From Selaginella moellendorffii (taxonomy: Eukaryota; Plantae; Lycopodiophyta), in the NCBI RefSeq assembly GCF_000143415.4, contig NW_003314286.1, forward strand, positions 201,766-265,765: a DNA stretch of 64,000 bases, written 5' to 3'. A program made the translations under genes and the position numbers. Under the pieces are notes generated by a model. It was not told the DNA's origin. It worked only from the letters and a program-made list of their open reading frames with translations, and did not search any database. Shown piece after piece: positions 23,920 through 35,105 of this stretch (within the stretch, counting starts at the first letter, position 1; every line of letters starts with the position of its first letter).

Positions 23920-24070
23920 AGATTGTCTACGTCGCTTGATCAAGGAAATCAACAACTTCACTAAATTATCTGTGCTTCGCGTTCTATAAGATAATGTTCT
24001 TGGTGATCGAGGTCTCATCTTTGGCAATAAATTTGTTCTTAGTTGTGACAAGAACTCGAAGTTCCTAAGC
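23920..24070 (-). pseudogene. Deleted remnant copy of the 5' end of the adjacent PPR gene
   Basis: Collinear patches (GAAATCAA..TCACTAAATT, AATGTTCTTGG, CATCTTTGGCAA, GTTGTGACA.AAGAACTCGAAGTTCCT) match ~23480-23750. Confidence 0.65.
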
Positions 24071-24126
24071 TGGTCTCGTCCCAAGCAAAAAAAATCTTGG
24101 TAGAGCACTCAAGGATGGCACTTATT

Positions 24127-26879
24127 TCAAGTTTCATAGACCATGGAGAGCTCGAGAAGGCGCGACGATGGGATGCGAAAGGTGGACACGGCCGAGCGGC
24201 AGGAGCTATGGAGGAAGCGATAGATCTTGTTCACGACCATCCTCTTGAACCAGCTGCGGCTGCCCGTGTCGAGAATGCTGTGACCCACGACGTGAACAGC
24301 GCCCCTCCGCTTCGCAACATCCAGCTCCACCATCTCCATCTCAGCCGCGCACTCCATCACGCAATGCGCCGCCGCCGCCTCACCGCTGCTCCTCCCCTCC
24401 AGCTCCTTGGACTTCTCCTCGTACTCCGATCGAATGAGGTCCACCAAGCTGGCGATCACTTGATCCACGAACTCCTCTTTCACCATGTCGACGTGATCCA
24501 GGTAGCCGTAGCGAGCAACGCAGCGATAGAGTCCCTTGACGCCGCTGCCACGCGCGACGAACAGCCTCTCGCTCTCCAGGACCGTCTTGACGGGCACCAC
24601 CCGGATGGTGAGGAAGATGACCACCTCGTGCAAGGATCCCACCGCTCGCATGTAGTGTCCCATGAGCGGAGGGAGGCCTCCGCCGTGGATGAGGTTGCTG
24701 TAGAAGAGGCAGAGGCCGGGAACTCGTGTGACTTCCAAGCTCGAGCACAAGTTCTTGAAGTCGTGCGAGCTGATCCTGTTCTTGGCCTCGAACTCGTATT
24801 TCATGCGCCTGCCGTAGTTCCAGCTGAGGCTCACCACCACGAAGAAGGACGAGATGGCGAAGGGAACCCATCCTCCCTTGGCCAGCTTCTCCGCAGTGGA
24901 TGACAGGTAGATCACCTCGACTGCCCCGAAAACGATCAAGAAGAGGATGATCCACAGCACCGATGTTGTCCACACGACGAGCATGACCACGGCTACGAGT
25001 GCGGTCGTGATGAGCATCACCCAGATCACGGCAACTCCTGTGAAGAAAACATATTAGAACTCCGAGGAGAATTGAAAGCTTTGTTACCGTATGCGTTTCC
25101 AATGCCATCACTGTCCTGGAAGCCGATCACGACTGCCAAGCAAAGTCCCAGCAGCAGATAGTTCACTTCCGGGGAGTAGATCTGACCCTCTTGGCTGGCT
25201 GAAGTATGGACCAGCTTGATCCTCGGAAAGCAGCCGAAGGACACCGACTGCTTGAGAACGGAGAATGTCGCTGTGATAAGCGCCTGGCTAGCAACTATCG
25301 CTGCCAGAGTCGCGACTACAAAGACAGGCCAGAACACTGGACTGGGAACTGACTTAAAGAAAGCGTCGATGCGATGTTCTGGGTGTTTGATCAGAAAGGC
25401 CGTCTCTCCAGCGTATGTGATGATAAGAGAGGGGTATACGACGGCTATGAAGGCTATCTGTCCAAGGAAAGTGTGTATAAGCATGAATTCGATCTCTCAT
25501 TCTTGCACCTACTTGAATGGCTTTTATGTTGAAGTGGCCCAAGTCGGCAAACATCGCTTCGGCTCCTAGAGAAGTAGGAAGTTACGCTTGGAAACTAAAG
25601 ACTCACGTAAGCAAACAACGAACCTGTGATACAGAGGACTATTGAATTGAGCATCTCCCATCCATGTCTCTTGTTTCTGACAAAAAAGCGGATGGCATAG
25701 TGCGGAGACAAGGCCTTTAGAACCGTCGGGTAGTAATTCATGATGTTGTAGATGCCTATGACAGTCGTAGAAGCGAACCACGTAGCCATGATCGGCGAGA
25801 AGATACAACTCACTCTATGCGTGCCAATGCTTTGCAAGAGAAATAGTGCCGAGATAATCACACAGGAGATGGCGATCACCACCGCTGCATGCACTGTTTA
25901 GCGACAAAGAAAACAAGAAGACGCTCACATCTATATACTTTGGCTGATTGCGGGGACTTGAGAGCGAAGTCCACCAATAGATGAAAGGACTGCAAAGAAA
26001 AAGGAGAGCATCTCAAAGTTTCTGGAAAGAAAACTTGTGTACCTGAGATTGCTGGAGTCAAAACACCATCTCCTATGACCATGCAAGTTCCAAAAGTCAC
26101 GCAAACGAGCAAAATCTTCTGGGCAATCTCGCTCTTCTCCAGGAACATCTTTGCTCTCGTGTGCACCCTGACACGCTCGGCATCTCCGAAATACGAGAAC
26201 TCGGTGTCCGACTCCAGCCTTCCATAGTGTTTTCCAGCATGCCGTCCAACGTTTGCGTGGCGGCACAGCAAAGAATAGAGCGCAAAAGTTCCACCTAGAA
26301 CAAAGCCAGTGTGAAGTTCTTACTCTCTAACATCTCGGAAGAAGTGGAGAGCGTACCTTCGCCATGATCATTGGCATGGAGCACGATGAGCACGTACTTG
26401 ACAACACCGATGAGCGTGAGCGTCCAAAAGATGACGCTCAAAACCCCCAGGTACTCTCGCTCGTTTCGCGAATCTATCTGCGCTGTGGGATACACGTAGA
26501 GCGGAGACGTCCCCAAGTCGCCATAGACCACACCGAGGGTCTGATAAGCCAGCCATAGTGTCTCCCGGCAGCCAAAAATCTGAGCAAGAAAGAGAAGAAA
26601 CCACGCGAGAAATCGCCTAACAGAAGAAAGAATCACTCTCCTTACCTCTTGATCCTTGTAGAAGGAGTTAATCCGAGAGCTGAAAGACCTAGAAGTCCTG
26701 GAGAGAGACCTCCTGATATCCGCCTTGGACGATAGACGCAGCGGCAGCGGGGGCGGCGACGGCTGGCCTGGATCGTCAAGAACTTGCACGCATTCCTCGA
26801 AATCCACGGCGCGAGCAGCAGCTCGCGCGCCTTGATCTCGATCGGGCGACGATTGGCAAGGATGGGCATTTCCCTCCAT
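24127..26879 (-). CDS. HAK: HAK/KUP/KT potassium transporter
   Basis: [81 protein letters not shown]. Multi-exon. Confidence 0.96.
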
Positions 26880-27172
26880 TTCGCGATCGAGATAAAGAAT
26901 TAGGGTTCTTGGTGGCCCCTTTATTTATTAAAGGAAGGCCCGACAAACGTTTTAGTAAGCGTTGACTCACGAGTTTAAAGTGCTTGTCTGATACCAATGC
27001 AAACTCGCTTTTCCATTTGACAAGTATCATACATAGCTTACATTTTTCGTCAACTCCTAGTTGACTAAAACTTCTAAGAATCGTCCATCACGAGGTTACA
27101 GAGTTGGCTCGAGTATAGGCTCGAATGGAGGAGCGATCAATCTCTTGATAAATAGTAGATTTTTTAGAGCGC

Positions 27173-29272
27173 TTACACTCTGTCCAGTATTTCCTCGTCG
27201 CTGGATTTTTGCGTTCCGTTTAGAATCGTGTATTTCACTGTGCCAATCTCGATTCCGGACTGGTCTTGCCTGTCTTTCTTCTGAATGTGAGCTTCGTACC
27301 TGGAAAAAAAAAACGAAAAACGAAAAAATCGAAGATGGAACCGAGCGAGCACGAGAAAGACTTACTTGAACCAGTTGTAGAGGGCTACTCCCACAACAAT
27401 AACGAAGAAGCCGATCCCTTTGAGCAATGTAAACTCGTCTTGGAAGCAGATGATCGCGGCCTTGAAAGACAAGATGTGAGCAGTGAATTAGTTTCTAGAC
27501 GAAATGACGCCGGCTTACCACGACGGTGACGACCTCTTTCACCACGCCTGCGACAGTCATTGTGACAGCACTTGTTTTGATGATTAGGAGATACTCTGCA
27601 ATCACCTGAATCCAGAGGAGAGTTAGGTTTTAAAAAGGACACAAGAGAGGTACCATAAAGAACGCAAGAGTTCCACCAAGTAGCATCACAATTGTGCTTT
27701 CCATGACCCGAGAACGCGAATCAAACCATGAAGTTTCAGCAAGCTCGTGCCAGGGTTCTAGAATGAGTGAGAAGATAGCAGTGATCAGTGCCATTATAGG
27801 CGTGAATTGGCTCATTGCCGCTAAAGGATTGCTCAAACCGTATTCTTCTTTCTGCAGTTAAAGAAAAAAAACGAGTTTCAGCAAGTAAAGAACAACAACA
27901 AAAGTTGTGCTTCAGACCTGTAGAAGAAGCTGGGTGACGACCCACCGAAATCCAGAACTTAATGCAGCTAACATGACTAATACAAATCCCGCAAAAATAA
28001 AGTGTGTTTCTTGCGCAACTGAAAAAAAAAGGGGGTCAAAACAGAAAAACCAAAACGTGGAGCACAAAACTCACCAGTTAATAGTACACCGCAAGAAATA
28101 ATAAATATGATCCCAAAAAGTTTGAAGCTGGGAGTCTCTAATCTGCCACAAGAAAACATGAGCACAACAACCATGCAACCGGCAACGCTTACTTAAATAT
28201 GAAAGCAAACAACAGAAGAAACACCGGCGTCGCGGATTTGCACTGGAAAAAGAATGTTAGCATGTTTGTGAAAACAAGAAAAAATAATAATAATAAAAAA
28301 AAAATTCCACTCACCATTGTCGCGAACGTAACCGGGATGAAGACTAGGGACGCATTCGTGAGATCCACGTCTAGCGCAGTAGCCACGCCGGTAGGAACCA
28401 CTGTGAACCAAAAAAAGAAACGAAAAAAAAGAGTAAACTTTAATGGTTTTGGAATACGAGCGAGCTCACATTACCCCTCACGAAGTAGTCCTTCCATGAC
28501 ATGGAGACGGTCGTCGCCATCGAAGGAAAGCAACATCGTAGCAAAAGCGACGATACGATGGCTTGCATAGAGAAGTGTATCGTGTTCATGAGCAGCGGAG
28601 CTGGGAACTTGCCATATTTTTTTCCCAGCAGCAACTTATTGTACCTGGAATGAAGATCGCAAACAATGAGAAGAAAGTGGTAGCAAGATCTTCCAAAGAA
28701 CAAGAAAGAAAAAACTATGCAAAGAACACGAAAAAAAAAAAACCCAAGGAGAGCAAGAAATGGTGGAAACTTAACAGTGTGAGGCAAGTGCTAAACGTAT
28801 ACCACAGTAGCACGTAAAACAGCGTCTGGAGAACAGTTCTTATCAGTGACGCGGCGTCACTGCCATCCCCGGAAGATCGAATTTCGTCCAGGAGCTTCTC
28901 AAAGTCGGTCTTCTTGGCAGTGGATTCGCAATCGCTGGCACCATCACTCCCCTCAAATCCATCCACTTTGAGCGCCACAAGATCCGGAGCTCCCGCTTCG
29001 TAGTGGCTCGATCTCCTCTGGAAGAGCTCGTGCTGGCTGAAATCGTCTACGCTAGCAAAGGTGAATGCCGCATCCACAGTGGAATCGCAGGAGCTGGATC
29101 TATTGGACGACGATTCATCCCTGTGGTCCTCCCCCCTGGCGCCTGCTCCACAGGCGCTCGCGATCCCATTGGAAAAAGAGAGTACCCTGTCCATTCGACA
29201 GCCGGCGCCTAGCGGCAGCTCCTCGAAGCCCTGCAGCTTGAGCGATTCGCCCAAAGGATTGTCGATCCCCAT
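27173..29272 (-). CDS. Nucleotide-sugar/triose-phosphate transporter family protein (SLC35C2/At1g06470-like)
   Basis: LWYTFSTCLTL|YNK.LLG...GKFPAPLLMNTIHFSMQA, VVPTGVATALDVDLTNASLVFIPVTFATM|CKSATP, AEYLLIIKTSAVTMTVAGVVKE, GVALYNWFK. Last exon ends ...EEILDRV* at 27173. Confidence 0.9.
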
Positions 29273-29371
29273 CTTCCCCCCGGCCCTTTTCTTGGGCGAC
29301 CTAACCCTCTGTTTTAAGTGCCAATCTAACCTTTTGAAATGATTGAGATTTAGGGTTCTTGGGAAGAGAGA

Positions 29372-30346
29372 ATGTGGGCGGGATCGAATTGCGATGTCGC
29401 GCTGTGCCAGGGCGCAAATTTCTTGAGCTCCAAGACACCCCGCAGCAGCGGCAGCGGTAGCGGCGGCTCTGGTGCGGTCTCCAAGAGCGTGCGCCGGCTG
29501 ATTCTCTTGCGGCACGCTCACAGCTCTTGGGCCAATCGATCGCTCAAAGGTAGGGTAATCGCTCGCCCTCGTCTCGTCTCTGGCTGAAAATCGAGATGGA
29601 ATTGGCTCGTTCAAGATCACGAGAGGCCTCTCAGCGGTCGTGGGCGGCAGCAAGCAGCCAGCATCGCGGCCAAGCTCCGGGAACTAGGCTGGCTTCCCGA
29701 GCTCGTTCTGTGCAGGTATTTCTCTCTTCTTTTCCTTCTAGGCATTGATTGATCGAAGAGATGATAGAGCGATTATATTGATCAACACATCTAAGGAAAA
29801 ATTTCTTTTTTCTTATCGCAGTGACTCAACGAGGACTCGAGAGACTCTGGAGATTATCAAGAGACACACTGTTGAGTTGCTCCAGGTCGAGACCCATTTT
29901 CTAACGACTTACTATTCAGTTGCAGCCATGGACGGCCACACTGCGCAGCATATAAGAGAAACCATTTGCAAATTCGCCAAGGATGACATAGCCACAGTCC
30001 TGTAAGTTCGTCAAACGCTCGTCTTCCAAAGTTTAGTCATCTTGTTTTTCTTTTGGAGAAACTTTCAGGTGTATGGGACATAACAGGGGATGGGAAGAAG
30101 CGGCCAGTATCCTCTGTGGCCGACCGCTGGAGCTCAAGACCTCCAATGCGGCACTCCTCGAAGCACACGGTTGTTCGTGGCAAGAGGTTTGTTTTGTCTA
30201 AAGTTTTCATTCCTTTCGCTCATTCGAGCAAAGCTCTTGTCCAGACTTTTGCTAGCGCCGGCGCTGGCGGATGGAAGCTCAGAGAGATTTTGCAGCCAGC
30301 AGCGGTCGCGGAGTCAAGTAAGCTTGACATAGATTTATTGACGTGA
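29372..30346 (+). CDS. SixA-like histidine phosphatase / phosphoglycerate mutase family (At3g52155-like)
   Basis: RRLILLRHAHSSW...|DHERPLS, SDSTRTRETL, YSVAAMDGHTA, CMGHNRGWEEAAS, GGWKL. Confidence 0.9.
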
Positions 30347-30620
30347 GAGAAAGATCACGGAGAGCGAGAGAGAGATAGACGATTGTAAATTCGTCCCCGA
30401 CAGGAAAAAATCGAAGACTACCTACTCATTTGAGCTGTTACCATGAAAATCTAAGCGAAGAACTTACAGGTTTTTCTTGACAAAAGAAGAAAGATGAAAA
30501 CCAAAGAAGCTCCAGAGTTCTTCCACTGAAAAGAAACGAGCACAAGAGATTTTAGCTTGAAGGAAAGCAAGGATTTGCGAACCTTGTTTGATCTGGAGCT
30601 GGAGAGCAGCAAAAACGTGG

Positions 30621-30920
30621 TCACTTCTTCTTTGCTCCCCCACCTTTGCCGGGAGTGGCGCCTTTGCCTTGATTCGATGCCCCGGAGCTCTTGCGCAGGT
30701 TTTTGATCTTGCGAGTGCACGCAAACTCGCCAAACTTGTGACCCACCATGTCCTCGGTGATCTTCACTCCCAGAAACGTCTTACCATTGTGGATCTGGAC
30801 CATGAAGCCCACGAAGTCCGTCAGGATTGTGGACCTCCGCGAGTAAATCTTTGCTCCGTCCACGATGGCCTTGACTGCCTCGTCCACGAACGGACCCTTC
30901 CATTTGGACCTCGGTGACAT
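30621..30920 (-). CDS. RPS19: Nucleus-encoded mitochondrial-type ribosomal protein S19 (uS19)
   Basis: MSPRSKWKGPFVD, IYSRRSTIL, IHNGKTF, ITEDMVGHKFGEFA. RSxWKGxFVD is the mitochondrial/alpha-proteobacterial form. Has a Gly/Lys-rich C-terminal tail. Confidence 0.92.
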   Translation of the reverse strand: MSPRSKWKGPFVDEAVKAIVDGAKIYSRRSTILTDFVGFMVQIHNGKTFLGVKITEDMVGHKFGEFACTRKIKNLRKSSGASNQGKGATPGKGGGAKKK

Positions 30921-31019
30921 TCTCTCCTCGAACCCTACACAGTGAAGGAGAGAAATTAAACAAAAAAAAAAATCCAAACTTTAGCTCATCAACATACCTT
31001 TTAGTCGAGGATTGTTTTT

Positions 31020-34000
31020 TCACCGGGGAACTTCGAATCTCTTCTTGCTTCTCCGCTTGTCTGGAACGAGAGTTTCTCATCGAATGCCAGGATTTCTTTC
31101 ATATACAGAAGACTGACCTCGGAGAAGCTGGTTGTTGGCTGCCTCGTCTTTCGAGGGTCTCTTCTTGCTGCAAGCTTTCATGAATAGCTTCACGGTTTTC
31201 TCGTTCTTGAAGCCCCTGCGATGGAGATGAATGCGAGTCACTCAAACGAAGCGAAACGATGAAGCTATTACCAGTCTTTCGCTATCTCAGACATGTAGTC
31301 CTTTTTCTTCTGCTGCTCCGTCTCAGTAGCATTGCAAGCTGGAGGGTGATCTTGGTGGTTTTCGTGTTGCTGTGGAGGAATAGCAACCTGAAAGAAAAAA
31401 CGAAAACATAAAGAAATCCATGAGGAACTTTAAATGATTGTTCCACCTGGTCCTCTACGCTGTCCGAGAATGTTGGCGTTGTTTGATGTACTGGAGTAAG
31501 TTCTTCCGCGTCGATTGGTGTTGTTCCTGAGCTTTCAAAGTCTAGATCTATCACCATAGCTGCAGGGGCTGCTGCACAAACGGGAGTCTTCGCATTCGCC
31601 TCCCAGACCTGTGACTTTTTCTCCTGTTCCTCTTTAGCGGGATACGATACTAAGTTTGCCTCATCCTGAACAGAGGAACAACAAGAATTAAGACTTGATC
31701 AGATCCAATGAAAAACATCACCTGATCATAAGTGCGAGTGTCCTCCATGGCAAAGAGAATGCAGTCGATGCATTCGTAATCGATGTCGTCGTCGTCAACG
31801 TACTTGATCTTTGCAAGAGCTTTGTTGAACCGGATCCTGACGTCGTAGCCCCTCCACAGCGCCTGTACCTTTGTCGCGGACTCACGCTGTACACTCTTCA
31901 AGGTTCTAAGTCCCGGCAAAAGTTGAAGACGTCGAACTCTCGAGCCTCTCCACAGTGCTTGTAGCCGGCATACTGATTCATGTTTTTTGTTCTCCCGGAG
32001 CTGACGATACTGCTTTCTGCAGATATGGCCTCTCACAAGCGCTTGGATCTTTCCAGCCTTCACCCAAGGAAAAAACACACTTCGTCAGCTGACAGTAAAA
32101 AGCAAAGAGAGAATAAGCAATCACAAAAGCAAAACAAAGAAACAACTGAGCTCAGACGTGTCTACAACCGCTGGCGACTTGATCGAATTCAAATCGCGAG
32201 GAACGAACTCCTTTATCGGATAGAAGTCAATACCTGTAGTTTGAAGTTGTCTATCCAGATATTACGGCCAGTGACAAGAGAACAGCTCTCCGCTTCTTCC
32301 TCCCATTCGTCTTCAGAGTACAAGTCTGTTTCTTCAGGGTCAAGGAGCTGTTCTTCCCAAGATTCCACTTCATCTTCCTCCCATCCTTGTTCGGAGTAAG
32401 TCTCAACCTCTTCTGCGTGGTTTACGTGAGTGCCAAGACTTAAAGTTTCTCCTTCTCGATGCTCGACAATAGATGAAGTTATCGCAGTCCGTCCAGTGTC
32501 TGCCTCTTGATGCTCGGCTGCGCTATTGCTAGAGCTGTCCAGTGAAATTTCTTGATTTTTGGCTGCATGCGTTAAAGATGATGTTCCAGCTCCATCTTGT
32601 GATTGTGAGTCTTCAAGCAACTTGTCTCGAGTTTCTGCTTCTTGATACTCGGCTGCCTGCGTACAAGATGATCTTTCAGCGGCCTCATGCAACCTTTGAG
32701 TTCCATTTCCTTGACCACCGCACGGTGTGTCACCTTCATCTTGAGAACTACCATCAATCTCGGAGCCAACTATATCCTTGTGACTCGGGACAAGTAGAAG
32801 CTTCTCTTCAGAACTAGCTTCCTCGTCGACCTGTTCTAAGCAGCAACTCTTTTTCGTCTCAAACGTCTCCCAGCTTTTTTTCACTTGATCGAGTTGGACT
32901 TCCTCATTTAGCTTGAGCGAGCCTTCGATCATTTTCGAGTTGCCACCCAGGTTTTCAAGCACACGGCCCCGAAGATCTAGCTTGAAAGCTGCCACTACTT
33001 TGCCGTTTATAATGATCGACGTTGCTCCCTGGTTTTCCAGCACGCTTTGTCGAGCATGATGAACCAAGGCTAGCTGCGCTCCAACCTGTTTTGCTTCCTT
33101 CCCCAAGCCTTTCCATTTGTGAGCAAGTGGGACGCTGCTTCCAGCCATACTGACGGAAAGCTTAAGAACCTTTCCTATAAGCCGAGAAACTCTCTTCTGC
33201 ACGATAGCAGCTCTCTGTTCCTTGGTTGCAAGATTCTCGCAGCTCGGGCCAAGCTTTTGTGATAGAAGTTTGCCAACGTCGTAACCGCTGTTTACTTCAC
33301 ATACTAAAACCCGATGCATGTTTTCCACTACTTTCTGTAAGCCGGCAGGAAACTGAGAGACCACCGAGCCAATCCCGAACCTTTCTATGTTTCTTATGCA
33401 ATCCTGGAAGATGCTGCATAAGTCGTCTCGAGAAGCCCGTGAAAAATAGTCGTCTATGCTTTCAGGCAAGCAAGCAAGCGCAAGATCCTCAGAGATTGTC
33501 GGTTCAACTTTTAGTGTTTTCACCTCCTCCCTGGTAAGTTCCATCTTTCTGGATTCCTTAAGCATTTTTTCTTCCCCAAGAGCTGTAGCCTTGCTTTCAT
33601 CTACCTTTAATGTCTCTTCAGTCTCACAACTGATCATCGCTTCTTGAACGGCTTTCGGAAAACCTTGATAGCCATGTAAAAACTTTCGCCAGACTCTTCC
33701 ATTCTGCAGGGTGGAGACTAGCGTCAAGAGTTTGTAAACTGAAAAACATACCGGATGGGTAGTATGAACAAGATCGAGTAGATTCTTGTGTTCGGCTTCA
33801 GAAAGTTCCTCAATCAACCTGGGACGGTCAATGCATGAGAACCTCGATTGTTAAAAACAGCATCTCACTTCAACGCCATTTCTCCTTCTTTTCCAATCTC
33901 TTCCAGCTTTTTTCGCTGCTCAATCTCCATTTCTTTCTGAGAGACAAACAAAAACGTAGTAAGGTCTGTAAGAACGGAGGGAGATTCTTTCTACCTGGAA

Positions 34001-35007
34001 TGTTATTTTGTGTTCTTCGATGAAAGCCAGCTCCCTGGTCACATCTTCATTCTTTTGCTGCCTGCAAGCTTCCTTTTCAATGCGCCTTTCGAGGTCGTTG
34101 ATCTTGAATTCTTGCACCAAACTTCTACGTTGCTGTGCTAGAGAAAATACGGGATCGTCGAGAAGCATTTCATCCGTAAAATCCTTCCCCTCATTCTCGG
34201 AAAACTTTACAGAAGAATACTTCGTCCGTCTTTCGCATGTGTCAAGCAAAGCTTTCGCTCTTTCCAAGACACGGCTGCCGTCATCCCCCTTGGAGCACGC
34301 ATAGTTTCCTATGTCGAATAAATTCACATTCGACTCTTCGTGAAGTGACTCTTCAAGGTCCTTGAACTTTTTATCTCTGGCTTCCAGCCCTTTAAGAACC
34401 TGCTCAAACGGATCCTTGTTGGGTTGAGCATCAGAAAACTCAAGCCTCGTACCTGCATAGAAACACTGTTAAGAAAATCAGTGCAAAAAGCTTCGATACT
34501 CGCATAGAAACTCATCTAAAGTTTTCCACACATCTAAAAAAATTTACCAAAGAACGCTCGTCATTCAAGAAGAGAAAAGGAAACAAAGAGCGTTCTACAA
34601 TGTTCCATTCACGGACACATAAAACGAAACTTTCATCTCAAAATGGCCAGGAAAGCGCTCGTAGCTCGAGAAAAACTCACTAAACTGCGCGTGATCTTGA
34701 ATGAAACAAGGAGAGCAATCGAAAAAACACCCGCATTCTACACTAGATTCTTATTTGCTTTGTTGAGCATTCCCTTCACGGACACACAAAACGAAAATTT
34801 CATCCCAGAATGACCAGGAAAGCTTTCTTAGCTCCAGAAAACTCACTAAACTTTCACATACGACACAGCTCAAGGAGAGGATCGAAACAAAGCGATCAAC
34901 CAGGAGAAAGAACCCGCATTCTACACTAGAATCTTACTTGCTTCGTTGATCATTTCAAGCATAGCTAAATCCCTGTCCCATTCGTCGTCATCGTCTTCCT
35001 CCTCCAT
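31020..35007 (-). CDS. IQ-motif coiled-coil protein, LRRIQ1-like C-terminus
   Basis: Three IQ motifs (IQALVRGHICRK, LQALWRGSRVRR, VQALWRGYDVR), then ALAKIKYVDDDDIDYECID and IAKDWGFKNEKTVKLF. Acidic start MEEEDDDDEW at 35007. Exon model approximate. Confidence 0.7.
34606..34954. repeat. Diverged tandem duplication (~170-180 bp units) at the exon 1/intron 1 boundary
   Basis: TTCACGGACACA.AAAACGAAA...CCAGGAAAGC...AACTCACTAAACT...CCCGCATTCTACACTAGA occurs twice. Confidence 0.8.
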
Positions 35008-35105
35008 AGCTCCTGCCCTAAAAGCTTTGAAAAAGTGTCTACGTGGCGGTTACATTCAAACGAGCTCTAGTGATTTAGGGTTCTTCTTCCTCTAGTGCCA
35101 GAGCA

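Noticed and set aside
24097-24903. Long antisense ORFs over HAK (similar ones over PLD, DEK, SAUR and RPS2)
   Set aside because: Shadow ORFs caused by GC3-rich codon usage of the real gene.
28715-29653. 312-aa ORF suggesting a longer transporter N-terminus
   Set aside because: The upstream part begins at a non-ATG codon and is antisense to the SixA-like gene; the first ATG is 29272.
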